DNA from: a virus
Lineage: Duplodnaviria; Caudoviricetes
Reading direction: 5' to 3' (one strand)
IMG/VR virus record: IMGVR_UViG_3300022305_000326
Location: 36,741-100,740 of that record
Length of the DNA: 64,000 nucleotides
The position numbers and the translations under genes were made by a program. This document shows positions 10,232-20,768 of this stretch, piece by piece (position 1 is the first letter of the stretch; each line of letters opens with the position of its first letter). The notes beneath the pieces are model-generated. The model did no database searches. It was not told the DNA's origin and saw only the letters and a program-made list of their open reading frames with translations.

Positions 10232-10800
10232 TTTTATTCGAATCCAATATACAGTCTGTAGACGAACGCTTGGTCACTACTATAATAAGTAGATTGACTC
10301 AGCCATTCGTTGACATGGACGAGTATAAACAGGGTCTTATAGATGATTCGGGTAATGTCTTAGTTAAACGTGGTAAGAAGAATGGAAAGCACAGACTTTC
10401 TAGATTTTCGTTATTGATCATAAATCTTAAAAAATTGATCAAACGTTCCATACCAGATAGCAATATTAGACCTGTAGCTTTAAGTCTATTGTTATTAAAG
10501 GAACATGTTGAGCGATTAAGTGAGCAGACTATTCAACATTTAGCTGAATCTATGAATTCAGATATGGCGATTGATACGTATCTGTTTGAAAGTGAAGCCC
10601 CTGTTAATGTATCGAATGCTTCACCACAACCACAACCAACTTCAGATAACATACAGTTCCCTGAACCACCGGCAGTCAAAAAGAAAAAGAAAATGGTTGG
10701 ATACAAGGTTAAAGAAATTAATGAATGGTCAGATATGGACAAGTATCCTGATGGGATTACACTGTACATAATAGGTTCTGATAGTGTACTGAAGGTCTGA
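10228..10800 (+). CDS. Conserved hypothetical protein
   Basis: YKQGLIDDSGNVL...NLKKLI; coupled to the upstream ORF. Confidence 0.55.
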   Translation: MILFESNIQSVDERLVTTIISRLTQPFVDMDEYKQGLIDDSGNVLVKRGKKNGKHRLSRFSLLIINLKKLIKRSIPDSNIRPVALSLLLLKEHVERLSEQTIQHLAESMNSDMAIDTYLFESEAPVNVSNASPQPQPTSDNIQFPEPPAVKKKKKMVGYKVKEINEWSDMDKYPDGITLYIIGSDSVLKV

Positions 10801-10801
10801 C

Positions 10802-11197
10802 ATGACAACATTACTTACAATTGCTGGTATATTGAAAAGAATTCCATTTATTGTATACGTAGTGCTGGCAGTCCTATTACTAATTGGCTATTTGTACCTG
10901 AACAATCAATCATTGAGTAGACACCTTAAAGTTTCAGATACAAAACTGGCAGATGCGACAGAGTTGGTCGATAACATTAAAACTAATGAAACTAAAAGAT
11001 CCAAGATAATAGATAATGTTACTATTGTAGTGAAGAAGCAGACAGTGAAGCCGGAAAACGATCCATTATCAGATAGCAAGATTGTTGAAATGGCAAAGAC
11101 CAAAGGTGCCTCGGTTACTTCGAATTACATCAACACTAATTTGAATGCAACCTTGTTGTGTATAGAAAAGATTACCAGAGATGACACCTGTGAATAA
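10802..11197 (+). CDS. Inner-membrane spanin (Rz-like)
   Basis: Single N-terminal TM helix, helical periplasmic part, C-terminal Cys residues; overlaps a lipoprotein gene. Confidence 0.7.
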   Translation: MTTLLTIAGILKRIPFIVYVVLAVLLLIGYLYLNNQSLSRHLKVSDTKLADATELVDNIKTNETKRSKIIDNVTIVVKKQTVKPENDPLSDSKIVEMAKTKGASVTSNYINTNLNATLLCIEKITRDDTCE

Positions 11198-11483
11198 ATT
11201 ATTATGTGGTCTATTGCTAGTTTTTATGGTCGGATGTAATCCTCAAACTACGACTAGACCTGATGCCAATTCAATAGTGAAACTGAAGTTACAACCGTTA
11301 CCACCGTTAGATTTAAAACCTTATTATTTTGAACTGAAATATCTCAACCAAGATAACGTGTGTATGTCTATGGATGGTGTCAGAAGAATCAGTGAATTGA
11401 ATACTATCCTCAGAAACCGAATAGAACTACAGAACAAGTATATACAAAGCTATCAGAAATACTACGAATCTGATAGCAAATAA
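11181..11483 (+). CDS. Outer-membrane lipoprotein spanin (Rz1-like)
   Basis: Signal peptide with lipobox MVGC, Pro-rich segment, additional Cys. Confidence 0.7.
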   Translation: MTPVNKLLCGLLLVFMVGCNPQTTTRPDANSIVKLKLQPLPPLDLKPYYFELKYLNQDNVCMSMDGVRRISELNTILRNRIELQNKYIQSYQKYYESDSK

Positions 11484-11526
11484 CTATAAGTCATGACATA
11501 ATAAGTCACGACCCGAAGACATTATT

Positions 11527-12600
11527 ATGATAGACGCGAATACCCAAAAATATTACATCAATAGAATGGCACAGTCCTTGACTCATTTTAAATGGGTTGG
11601 TGAGACTGGAACTTTTAGGTGCCCGTTATGTGGCGATTCTAAGAAGAATAAATTCAAGACCAGAGGGACATTTTACAGAAAGTCTACGCAGTCTGGTAAG
11701 ATGGTTTATGCTTTTAAATGTTTTAATTGCAATGAACCCAAGTCTTTCACCAATTTCATGAAAGAACAGTTCCCGGAATTGTATAAAGAATACCTATCGT
11801 TAAGATTTAAAAAAAATATTTCTGTTCAAGATGCCGGTATTCCTTCGTCGTTTGGAAGAAAATCTAAACTAAAACAACTGAGTACGACGATAAAGCCGAT
11901 TCTATCGAAGCCTATTGCCGATCTTGATACGGAACATGTAGCGTATAAATATTTTTCCAAAAGAATGTTTCCGGAAAAATACAAAACCATATTACACTAC
12001 ACCGATAACTTCTCGAAATACATCATGGAAGATTATTTTCATGGGAATGACGAAGCCATCGATAGATACAAAAATATGCATTTACCGAAAGACCCTAGAA
12101 TCATTATTCATTTCAATGATAGGGACGGAAATTCACGACTGGTACAGGGAAGATCACTTGATCCAAACTGTGAATTGCGATATATTACCGTTAGATTTGA
12201 CGAAACTTTCCCGAAAGTCTACGGATTAGATCGACATGATAAGGACAAATTGACACTGATCGTAGAAGGACCGTTTGATTCCATGATGTTACCCAACTGC
12301 CTAGCTATAGGTGGAGTAGGATTATCAGACGATCTATTACAATTTACAGGAATAGACAAAACGAAGTGTATCATGGTATATGACAATCAGCCAAGAAATG
12401 CGGATGTTGTCAACCAGATAAAGCGAGCGATAGAATTGGGTGTCAGGGTTGTGATCTGGAATGATCCTATCAGTGTAGAGAAAGATATCAATGCAATGTT
12501 AATGTCTGGAATTGACCGTAAGGCTCTAGTCAAATACTTAGCAACGCATAATTATAGTGGGTTAATGGCACGATTGCAGTTATCAAAATGGGCGAAATAA
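11527..12600 (+). CDS. 61: DNA primase (T4 gp61-like)
   Basis: FRCPLCGDS...CFNC zinc finger, VEGPFDS, YDN, KDIN TOPRIM motifs. Confidence 0.95.
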   Translation: MIDANTQKYYINRMAQSLTHFKWVGETGTFRCPLCGDSKKNKFKTRGTFYRKSTQSGKMVYAFKCFNCNEPKSFTNFMKEQFPELYKEYLSLRFKKNISVQDAGIPSSFGRKSKLKQLSTTIKPILSKPIADLDTEHVAYKYFSKRMFPEKYKTILHYTDNFSKYIMEDYFHGNDEAIDRYKNMHLPKDPRIIIHFNDRDGNSRLVQGRSLDPNCELRYITVRFDETFPKVYGLDRHDKDKLTLIVEGPFDSMMLPNCLAIGGVGLSDDLLQFTGIDKTKCIMVYDNQPRNADVVNQIKRAIELGVRVVIWNDPISVEKDINAMLMSGIDRKALVKYLATHNYSGLMARLQLSKWAK

Positions 12601-12611
12601 TAAGGAGAAAT

Positions 12612-13589
12612 ATGGAAACGCCGAATATTTTAAAGAAACAGGATGTCTATATTATAGAATATCCAGAAGCAGTAAAATTTGCAGATACACAGAACTCCGT
12701 ATTCTGGACCGCAGATGAAATTGACGTATCAAAAGATGTACAAGACATTATGACAGGTATGACGGAATCAGAACGTTATGCCACAATTGAAGTGTTAAAG
12801 TTATTCACGCAATATGAATTAGCTATCGGTAATGAATATTGGGGCGAACGTGTTAAGAGGGATTTCCAAAGACCTGATATCCAGAGAATGGCAAACTCGT
12901 TCTCATATTTTGAAATCAATGTACATGCACCGTTCTATAATAAGTTAAACGAAGCACTACATCTTAATACCAAAGAATTCTTGAGTGAATATAAGCAAGA
13001 CCCTGTTCTGTCAAGTCGTATGGCATTCATTGATGAACAGTTGAATAGTCCCGACACATTACATTCCCTTGGTGTTTTCTCGATGGTAGAGGGCGCAATC
13101 CTTTATAGTAATTTTGCATTTTTGAAGCATTTCCAGTCACAAGGAAAGAACAAGATGTTAAACGTTGTTCGTGGAATTAACTTCTCTGTTCGTGACGAAA
13201 ATCTTCATAACGAAGGTGGTGCATGGTTGTTCAGAACACTACTGAAGGAATCAAACATTTCGGACGAAAAGACGGATGAATTGTTTAAGGGTATCATTGA
13301 TGCAGCCCATCATATTAGAGAACATGAACATAGAATCATCGCTAAGATGTTCTTGAAGGGACCAATTGAAGGTGTCACCCAAATTCAAATGAATAATTTC
13401 ATTGATTCCCGCATTAATCTGTGCCTCAGTAAAATCGGCATCCGTAAGATTTTCGATGTGACGTATAATCCTATTGCAGACTGGTTTTATAAAGGTATTA
13501 ATTCTTACACCTTCCATGACTTTTTCACTGGAACAGGTAATCAATACAATCGTAAATGGGATGAATCAAAGTTAGGATGGGCGAATTAA
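12612..13589 (+). CDS. nrdB: Ribonucleotide reductase class I beta subunit
   Basis: FW..E, EINVH...Y, VEG...YSNF, RDENLH diiron motifs. Confidence 0.93.
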   Translation: METPNILKKQDVYIIEYPEAVKFADTQNSVFWTADEIDVSKDVQDIMTGMTESERYATIEVLKLFTQYELAIGNEYWGERVKRDFQRPDIQRMANSFSYFEINVHAPFYNKLNEALHLNTKEFLSEYKQDPVLSSRMAFIDEQLNSPDTLHSLGVFSMVEGAILYSNFAFLKHFQSQGKNKMLNVVRGINFSVRDENLHNEGGAWLFRTLLKESNISDEKTDELFKGIIDAAHHIREHEHRIIAKMFLKGPIEGVTQIQMNNFIDSRINLCLSKIGIRKIFDVTYNPIADWFYKGINSYTFHDFFTGTGNQYNRKWDESKLGWAN

Positions 13590-13590
13590 A

Positions 13591-15294
13591 ATGAAAGATA
13601 AAAATATCTACGAAAAACTCTCAGAAGAACGCAAGAAGCTTCAAGAGGAAGGTAAACTACCAGAATGGTTCACAACGGCAGGTTGGCAGTTGTTCAAGAG
13701 TAAGTATCTTTATGGTACAGATGACGGTTTCCGTGGTCAGGCTCGTCGCATTGCAAAAACTGCTGCTCAATGGGCACCAAAGACTGGTGAATATGGTTGG
13801 GAAGAAGCTTTCTATGACATTATTTGGAACGGGTATCTGTCATGCTCGACACCAGTTCTAGCCAATACAGGAACAGATAAGGGAATGCCAGTAAGCTGTT
13901 CTGGTCAATATATCGGTGATTCTATCAGTGCATTCTACGGTAACCGTGCAGAAACCGCCATCTTGACAAAGGAAGGTTTCGGTACAAGTGGTTATTTTGG
14001 TCATATCAGACCTCGTGGAGAAACGTTTAAGGGTGGTGGTGTCGCTGCTGGTGCTGTTCCAGTTATCGATTCATTTAGACAGGATATGAGATACGTCGCG
14101 CAGGGCACACAACGCCGTGGAGCATTCGCCGCATATCTTGACATCGATCATGGTGACTTTGATGAATTGGCCGATCTTCTTAAGAATGATCCAGACGATT
14201 TGAATATTGGTTGGAATATTTCATCAGCATTTATCGAGCGATTAAAGAATGGTGATGTAGAAGCCGATAGACGTTACAAGAAAGCTCTATTCATTAAATT
14301 GATTACTGGTAAAGGATACTTCTTCTTCACCGATAAAGTTAATGGGAAGCGTCCTAAAGGATATGTCGACAATGAATTATTTGTTCATGCTTCGAACTTA
14401 TGCACAGAAATCACATTAACAGCCGATCTTGAACACACTTTTACGTGTGTACTTTCGAGTGTTAATGCTGTTCACTTTGATATCATTAAGACTAAGAATG
14501 TGGTCTATATTGCAACAGTATTCTTGGATTGTATCGCTCAAGAATTCATTGAACGAGCAAGACATATTCCGGAATTAGAGAAGGCGGTAAGATTTACCGA
14601 GAAAGGTCGCGCATTAGGATTGGGTGTATGTGGATATCACACGTATCTACAGTTGAACAATATTCCATTTGAATCGTTCGAAGCTCATATGAAGAATAGT
14701 GAAATCTTCAAGCACATTCATGATGAGTCCCTAAGAGCCTCTAAAATGCTCGCAGATCACTTTGGTGAACCAGAATGGTGTAAGGGTACAGGTCTACGTA
14801 ATACGCACCGTATAGCCATTGCTCCTACGATGTCAACGGCTCAGATCATGGGTGGAGTGTCACAAGGAATCGAACCTTTCTTGGGTAACGCATTTAATCA
14901 GGCTGGTGCTGCTGGTGAAATTGAACGAGTTAACCCTGTACTGATCCCAATAATGAAAGATCGTGGAGTCTTCACCAAGAAAATTATTGACGATATTGCA
15001 GAGAAAATTGGTTCAGTGCAGCATGTTACATGGCTTAATGATCATGAAAAATTAGTATTCAAGACAGCATTTGAAATCGACCAGAGAACTATTCTAAGAA
15101 AGGCGTCAACCAGAGCCAAGTATATCTGTCAATGGCAGTCTTTGAACCTATTCTTCTCCGCAGATGAATCCGAAGATTACATTTCAGAAATTCATAAAGA
15201 AGCGTTCCTTGACCCAAACATCTTGGCATTGTACTATATGAGAACACAGGCTGGAGTTTTGGCCTCTAAAGACGAATGTATTGCCTGCCAGTGA
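13591..15294 (+). CDS. nrdA: Ribonucleotide reductase class I alpha subunit (compact, no ATP cone)
   Basis: STP, PVSC, QGTQRRGA, SNLCTE, IAPTMST, LYY, C-terminal CIAC. Confidence 0.95.
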   Translation: MKDKNIYEKLSEERKKLQEEGKLPEWFTTAGWQLFKSKYLYGTDDGFRGQARRIAKTAAQWAPKTGEYGWEEAFYDIIWNGYLSCSTPVLANTGTDKGMPVSCSGQYIGDSISAFYGNRAETAILTKEGFGTSGYFGHIRPRGETFKGGGVAAGAVPVIDSFRQDMRYVAQGTQRRGAFAAYLDIDHGDFDELADLLKNDPDDLNIGWNISSAFIERLKNGDVEADRRYKKALFIKLITGKGYFFFTDKVNGKRPKGYVDNELFVHASNLCTEITLTADLEHTFTCVLSSVNAVHFDIIKTKNVVYIATVFLDCIAQEFIERARHIPELEKAVRFTEKGRALGLGVCGYHTYLQLNNIPFESFEAHMKNSEIFKHIHDESLRASKMLADHFGEPEWCKGTGLRNTHRIAIAPTMSTAQIMGGVSQGIEPFLGNAFNQAGAAGEIERVNPVLIPIMKDRGVFTKKIIDDIAEKIGSVQHVTWLNDHEKLVFKTAFEIDQRTILRKASTRAKYICQWQSLNLFFSADESEDYISEIHKEAFLDPNILALYYMRTQAGVLASKDECIACQ

Positions 15295-15306
15295 GTTAGG
15301 AGCGTT

Positions 15307-15756
15307 ATGAAAGTTATATTCTTGGATTTTGATGGTGTTGTTTCAAAGGGATTTACCAAGAAGTTCGACAAAATGTCTTTATTCTGTGCTTTCATGAGGC
15401 AGAATAAAGACGTTAAGATTGTCATATCGTCATCGTGGCGAGAGTTCAGATCGATGGACGAATTACGACTATTTTTCGATGAGGATGTTAGGGATCAGGT
15501 TATCGACAAGACTCCAATATTGACATGGGACGATGACCTAACTGATATTCCATTCGAAAGATCACATGAAATTGGTCTATGGTTACATGATCATCCAGAA
15601 GTGACACGTTATATTGCACTTGATGACTGCCCTGAACTTTTCGATAAGGCATTTAAAAATCTGTATACCGTTAACATGGGTACAGGTATAACTGAATGTG
15701 ATATTAAAACTATACAGAGAATCATTAATGAAACTAATAATAGCAGGAAGTCGTAG
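15307..15756 (+). CDS. HAD phosphatase of the Swiss-Army-knife RNA-repair type
   Basis: FLDFDGV, IVISSSWR, ALDD. Confidence 0.8.
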   Translation: MKVIFLDFDGVVSKGFTKKFDKMSLFCAFMRQNKDVKIVISSSWREFRSMDELRLFFDEDVRDQVIDKTPILTWDDDLTDIPFERSHEIGLWLHDHPEVTRYIALDDCPELFDKAFKNLYTVNMGTGITECDIKTIQRIINETNNSRKS

Positions 15757-16078
15757 TATTCTACATTATCCGGTAATACCTCTCAATATAGCACGATTTT
15801 CATGGCATAAGGATATCACAGAAATAGTATCTGGTACAGCGCGAGGGGTAGATTTACTTGGTGAAAGATATGCGATTGAAAATGACATTCCTGTAACACG
15901 TTTCCCTGCTGACTGGAATAGATACGGTAAATCAGCAGGAGTACGTAGGAATGAAACGATGGGTGACTATGCAGATAGATTGATATTGTTTTGGGATGGT
16001 GAGTCATCAGGTTCAAAGCATATGATGATGTATATGGCGAAAATAAAAAAACCATTTAACGTAATTATCGTAAAGTAG
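15728..16078 (+). CDS. SLOG/YspA-like (DUF2493-type) protein
   Basis: IIAGSR, SGTARGVD, PADW..YGKSAG..RN, FWDG.S.GS. Confidence 0.8.
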   Translation: MKLIIAGSRSILHYPVIPLNIARFSWHKDITEIVSGTARGVDLLGERYAIENDIPVTRFPADWNRYGKSAGVRRNETMGDYADRLILFWDGESSGSKHMMMYMAKIKKPFNVIIVK

Positions 16079-16137
16079 TTTAAATAAAAGGTACGAACAG
16101 GACTATAGAAATATGAGAATTAGTATCTAAACAACCG

Positions 16138-16172
16138 AAGACCATACAGTGTGCTGCTGTATGGTCTTTTTT
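16138..16172 (+). terminator. Intrinsic terminator-like hairpin upstream of phoH
   Basis: AAGACCATACAG...CTGTATGGTCTT followed by a T run. Confidence 0.65.
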
Positions 16173-16195
16173 ATTGTCAACCAACTGGAGTAACC

Positions 16196-16963
16196 ATGTC
16201 TAGAAAGCGCAGAAAACTAATAAACACCCCACATGCTGCTAGTAAATCCAATGTAGACTATCTCGATTATCACAGCTACGATAACGAGGAATCAAATTAC
16301 CAGAGAGAGTTACCAAAGCGCCGTCAAAAACCAGCACCATTGACAGCCAAGACCGCCAAACAAAAGGAATATATTGACGCAATTTACGGAAGTCCACAGA
16401 TTGTCGTATGCGGTCCAGCAGGCGTAGGTAAGACTTACATTGCAGCTAGAATTGCTGCTGAGATGTTGTCGAATAAAGAAGTCGATAAGATTGTAATTTC
16501 AAGACCGAACGTCAGTTCTTCCAAGTCTATTGGTTACGTTCCCGGCGATAAGAATATGAAATTTCAAGGTTGGGCGATTCCAATTCTTGAGGTATTAAAG
16601 GAATATCTCGGTGAAGGCGCATATGACTATTATCTAAAGAATGAGAAGATTGAATTGGTTCCATTCGAATACATGCGTGGAAGATCGTTCAACAACTGCT
16701 TCGTTATCGTTGATGAATTCCAGTCAACTACAGTTGATGAGGCTATTTGTATAGTGACCAGAATTGGAGAGAATTCCAAACTGATCCTTATGGGTGACGT
16801 TAGGCAGAAAGACATCAAACAAGAAGGTGGTCTTGAGTTTGTTACCAAGATGGTGAAAACTCGATACAATCTGAGAAATTTTGTCAAGCTAATTGATTTC
16901 GATCTGACGGATGTTGTTCGTTCAGGTGTATGCTCAGCATGGGTATACGAGATTTATGACTAA
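16196..16963 (+). CDS. phoH: PhoH-like ATPase
   Basis: GPAGVGKT, YMRGRSF, VDEFQ, TRIG, GD..Q.D, VRS. Confidence 0.95.
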   Translation: MSRKRRKLINTPHAASKSNVDYLDYHSYDNEESNYQRELPKRRQKPAPLTAKTAKQKEYIDAIYGSPQIVVCGPAGVGKTYIAARIAAEMLSNKEVDKIVISRPNVSSSKSIGYVPGDKNMKFQGWAIPILEVLKEYLGEGAYDYYLKNEKIELVPFEYMRGRSFNNCFVIVDEFQSTTVDEAICIVTRIGENSKLILMGDVRQKDIKQEGGLEFVTKMVKTRYNLRNFVKLIDFDLTDVVRSGVCSAWVYEIYD

Positions 16964-16993
16964 ATAATAGTCAACATCTAATAGACGACCATC

Positions 16994-17455
16994 ATGAATA
17001 TCAACGAAGAAGTATCGAATTACAATATAACGTATTCACACGAAATCAATGATAAGGGTGGTCGTCGATTAGAGCAAAGAACTGCTACTGTTTCTGGTCG
17101 TTCAAAGGAACATGCACATAAACAATTCAGTAGTAGTTCTGCCTCAAAGTTGGCAGGCTTCAAGATTCATTCAGTCGAACCATCAAAGGGATTAGACACG
17201 TTCATGAAAGAATCTCTTGATGACGATAGAAAATTAATTGCCACATATCGTAGGCAGGATCATCTAGACAAAGCCAAGATATCAATGGCAGGCGGAAGAT
17301 TAAGTAACTATCATTTAGCACTGGCTCACAGTAACCAAGCTAAGATCGCTAAGATAAATGGTGACAAAGAACGAGAAGAATCACACACGAAAATGGCCGC
17401 GATACATAAAGAAAAGTATCGAAAGGCCAAAAAGAATGACGATTCAACAAGTTAA
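16994..17455 (+). CDS. Hypothetical protein, possible internal head protein
   Basis: Follows a CTAAATA motif; INE and FMKE gp21-type sites; His/Lys rich. Confidence 0.5.
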   Translation: MNINEEVSNYNITYSHEINDKGGRRLEQRTATVSGRSKEHAHKQFSSSSASKLAGFKIHSVEPSKGLDTFMKESLDDDRKLIATYRRQDHLDKAKISMAGGRLSNYHLALAHSNQAKIAKINGDKEREESHTKMAAIHKEKYRKAKKNDDSTS

Positions 17456-17990
17456 GGTAGGTATAGATTATTCAATTACGTGTCCCACTATCTGTATAGA
17501 CGGTGGGACATTTTTCGAGTTTCATTACACGAAAGCTGAAAATAGATTCACTGGAAAGTGGACTAGTGGAATCTATAAGTTCGTTGGACACAAATATCCA
17601 GAATACAAATCTGATCTTGAACGCTACGATCAGATTTCTGACATCTTTATAAACGCAATGTCAGCATATAAACCAACTCTCATTAATATTGAAGCATATT
17701 CGTATGGATCGAATGGTAAGTCATTCAATCTTGCGGAGAATACTGGGCTGTTGAAATATAAAATATGGAAAACATTCGGTATAGAATGCAAGACCTTTTC
17801 ACCAATGACACTGAAAAAGGTCGCAACTGGTAAGGGTGTTGGTAAGAAAGATGTCATGTATAAGGCATGGGATGAACAAATGCCATTCCTAAACCTATAC
17901 ACTGTTTTCAAAGTCAAGCCGACTAAAAATGTTGGTAGTCCAATTTCTGATATTATCGATTCTTATTATCTTACAAAGTGTGGGGTTTAG
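17436..17990 (+). CDS. RuvC-like (RNase H fold) nuclease
   Basis: GIDYS, IEAYSYG, LAE, P.TLKK, DIIDS acidic motifs. Confidence 0.7.
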   Translation: MTIQQVKVGIDYSITCPTICIDGGTFFEFHYTKAENRFTGKWTSGIYKFVGHKYPEYKSDLERYDQISDIFINAMSAYKPTLINIEAYSYGSNGKSFNLAENTGLLKYKIWKTFGIECKTFSPMTLKKVATGKGVGKKDVMYKAWDEQMPFLNLYTVFKVKPTKNVGSPISDIIDSYYLTKCGV

Positions 17991-17994
17991 GATT

Positions 17995-18002
17995 TATAAA
18001 TA
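17995..18002 (+). promoter_or_regulatory. T4-type late promoter TATAAATA
   Basis: Exact T4 late consensus 40 nt upstream of the tail sheath gene. Confidence 0.75.
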
Positions 18003-18042
18003 ACAAGTGTATCTTTCATATCATTAATTAGGAGAATTACAG

Positions 18043-19788
18043 ATGACATTCGGTGTCTCTCCCGGCGTTGTATCCCGCGAAATCGACTTAACCACGATTA
18101 TCCCGGTCGCATTCGGAACAAATACGGCTTTTGCAGGCCAAGCAAACTGGGGACCAATCGGCGTCCCGGTTTTAACATCATCTGAACCAAATTGGATCAG
18201 CACCTTTACTCGTCCTACGGATGCGGTAACTGGCGTCGATTATTTGATCACAGCCTCTATTCTTGCATATACCAATTCATTATATTTCTCAAGAATTGGT
18301 TCAGCATCAACGGACTTGAACGCAGTCTCACCAAAAGCTGCTCTTGGTGCCGATCCTGCTCCAACTCCGGAATATGTCCCTAATGCAGAAGTGTTTACTG
18401 CTGGTGGAACGATCTATTCAGTAACAGCACATCTTCTAGCAAGATATCCAAGTGCTTTAGGAAATGGTATTGGCGTTATTGTCTGCGATGGTTCTGTTCA
18501 GTATGCATCACCATCATTCGCAGCTTATCGCAGAAACTTCCCATCAGCACCATCGACCTCAGAATTCGTTTCTGCTCGTGGTGGTTCGAATGACGAAATT
18601 CACATTCTTGTTGTCGACAATACTGGTGCATTCTCTGGTATTGCAGGACAGATTCTTGAAACCTATCCGTTCGTTTCAAAGGCATCAAATGCAAGAACTG
18701 AAAGTGGAACATCAAATTATTACATTGACGTACTGAATAACAATTCTCAGTATGTTTATGGAATCAATCCTGATAACAGTGCTGTTGGTCTAGGTCCAGA
18801 AGTTGGTCTAGCAGCAAGCGGAACTGCATTCACCCGTTCAACTGCAACCAGCGTAATCACCTATGCATTCACTGGTGGTGTCACTGGCGTCCCAGCATCA
18901 AGCGATAAATTGGCTGCTTATGACGTATTCAAGTCAGCCGAAACTGTTCCAGTATCAGTAATTGCTGGTGGTACCGCAGATGAAACCTTGAGCGAATACT
19001 TAATCCAGAATATCGCAGAAGCCCGTAAGGATTGTGTTGTATTCATCTCACCACCAGCAAATCTTGTTGTCGGTAAGACCAACTTCGATACCGTTGCAAC
19101 TAACGTTGCGAACTATCGTACAACCACTCTTGGAACCAATTCATCATATGGTTTCATGGATTCCGGTTGGAAGTACATGTACGATAAGTACAATGACGTA
19201 TATCGTTGGATTCCTTTAAACGGTGATATTGCGGGACTATGCTCAACAACTGATAGAGTTGCTGATCCATGGTATTCAATTGCAGGATTCACTCGTGGTC
19301 AAATCAAGAACGTTGTTCGTCTTGCATGGACCCCAAATGAAGCTCAGAGAGACGTACTGTATCAGGTCGGTGTCAACCCAGTAGTTGCATTTCCGGGTCA
19401 GGGCACGGTCTTGTATGGTGATAAGACTCTTCTATCAAGAACTTCAGCATTTGACAGAATTAACGTCCGTAGATTGTTCATCATCCTACGTACATTGGTT
19501 TCAACTGCTGCACAATCAAGCCTATTCGAATTCAACGACGAGTTTACCCGCGCACAGTTCGTATCATTGGTTGAACCATTCTTGAGAGATATTCAGGGTC
19601 GTCGTGGTATTACGGATTTCAGAGTTGTTTGCGATGAAACGAACAACACACCACAGGTCATCGACTCTAACCAGTTCAAGGGTGACATTTATGTTAAACC
19701 TGCCCGCAGCATCAACTTCATTCTTCTAAGCTTCGTTGCCGTTAGAACTGGCGTAGCATTTGAAGAAGTTGTTGGTCAGGCTGGTTAA
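18043..19788 (+). CDS. 18: Tail sheath protein (gp18)
   Basis: SPGV...EID, WGP, YMYDKYND, GDIAGL, AFDRINVRRLF, KPARSINFI. Confidence 0.97.
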   Translation: MTFGVSPGVVSREIDLTTIIPVAFGTNTAFAGQANWGPIGVPVLTSSEPNWISTFTRPTDAVTGVDYLITASILAYTNSLYFSRIGSASTDLNAVSPKAALGADPAPTPEYVPNAEVFTAGGTIYSVTAHLLARYPSALGNGIGVIVCDGSVQYASPSFAAYRRNFPSAPSTSEFVSARGGSNDEIHILVVDNTGAFSGIAGQILETYPFVSKASNARTESGTSNYYIDVLNNNSQYVYGINPDNSAVGLGPEVGLAASGTAFTRSTATSVITYAFTGGVTGVPASSDKLAAYDVFKSAETVPVSVIAGGTADETLSEYLIQNIAEARKDCVVFISPPANLVVGKTNFDTVATNVANYRTTTLGTNSSYGFMDSGWKYMYDKYNDVYRWIPLNGDIAGLCSTTDRVADPWYSIAGFTRGQIKNVVRLAWTPNEAQRDVLYQVGVNPVVAFPGQGTVLYGDKTLLSRTSAFDRINVRRLFIILRTLVSTAAQSSLFEFNDEFTRAQFVSLVEPFLRDIQGRRGITDFRVVCDETNNTPQVIDSNQFKGDIYVKPARSINFILLSFVAVRTGVAFEEVVGQAG

Positions 19789-19813
19789 TAGTTAGAATAA
19801 CGGAGTATTAAAA

Positions 19814-20371
19814 ATGGCACAGTTTAACATTAATGATTTCCGTTCAGCGTTACGCGCAGACGGTGCTAGACCGACGCTTTTCAAGGTCATTCTAACAGCA
19901 CCAGTCTTCGCGGCTTTGAACGTCCCACAGCTTTCGTTTATGGCAAAAGCTACACAGATGCCGGGATCAACAATTGGAACCGTTCAGCAGTCGTATTTTG
20001 GTCGTAAGATCAAATTGGCTGGTGATCGTAATATTGCGGATTGGCAGATCACAGTTATTAACGATGAAACATTCGATATGTACGGTGCGTTTGAGCGTTG
20101 GATCAATGCAATGGCCCATACATCAACTAGATTGAATGCTCAGCGTGTTCTTGGTGCAACATCTTCACCAGCATCATATGTTGGTCAGGCTCTTGTTCAG
20201 CACTATGGCAAGGAAGGTAATGTAATTCGTACAATGAAATTGACTAATGTATGGCCTTCTGATGTATCACCAATCGATCTATCGTGGGATGCTAATGACA
20301 CGATAGAAGAATTCGGTGTCACATTCAATATGGACTGGTTTGAAGTTGTTGATGGTGTTGGTCCAAACTAA
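19814..20371 (+). CDS. 19: Tail tube protein (gp19)
   Basis: GARPTLF, YFGRKIKLAGDR, W.ITVIND, IEEF.VTF. Confidence 0.95.
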   Translation: MAQFNINDFRSALRADGARPTLFKVILTAPVFAALNVPQLSFMAKATQMPGSTIGTVQQSYFGRKIKLAGDRNIADWQITVINDETFDMYGAFERWINAMAHTSTRLNAQRVLGATSSPASYVGQALVQHYGKEGNVIRTMKLTNVWPSDVSPIDLSWDANDTIEEFGVTFNMDWFEVVDGVGPN

Positions 20372-20381
20372 GGAATAAACC

Positions 20382-20681
20382 ATGGCAGACTATAACATCG
20401 ATTTAATTATGCATCACAAAGCACAGGCTGAAAAGCACGGTGCTGCTGGAAACAAATCCTCATATCATGAACACATGTATGGGGTACATAATGAATCATC
20501 AAAGTATCACCAGTTGATGGCAAACAAAGCAACCGATAGAAAAGAAAAAGAAAACCACACAAACCTAGTTGGACAACATAAGACGAAGGCAGCAGAACAT
20601 TTTGGGTATTACATGAACGCAGATAGAAAGATCAATGAATCAATCATTGGTTACAAAGCGTTTATTAGCCGAAAAGTTTAA
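20382..20681 (+). CDS. His-rich hypothetical protein, possible internal protein
   Basis: AAGGA RBS; repeated HxxxA/HxxH pattern; ends before a terminator. Confidence 0.55.
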   Translation: MADYNIDLIMHHKAQAEKHGAAGNKSSYHEHMYGVHNESSKYHQLMANKATDRKEKENHTNLVGQHKTKAAEHFGYYMNADRKINESIIGYKAFISRKV

Positions 20682-20705
20682 ATCACCGATAAGAGTGATG
20701 TTAAA

Positions 20706-20731
20706 GGGGAGCATTATGCTCCCCTTTTTTT
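20706..20731 (+). terminator. Intrinsic terminator
   Basis: GGGGAGCA-TTA-TGCTCCCC followed by a T run. Confidence 0.85.
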
Positions 20732-20768
20732 GTTTAAATAAAATACAAATATACATGGGTATTATAAT

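Noticed and set aside
2146-15294. Introns, inteins or homing endonucleases in the polymerase, helicase or nrd genes
   Set aside because: The ORFs are continuous and of normal length, with no intein or LAGLIDADG/HNH/GIY-YIG motifs
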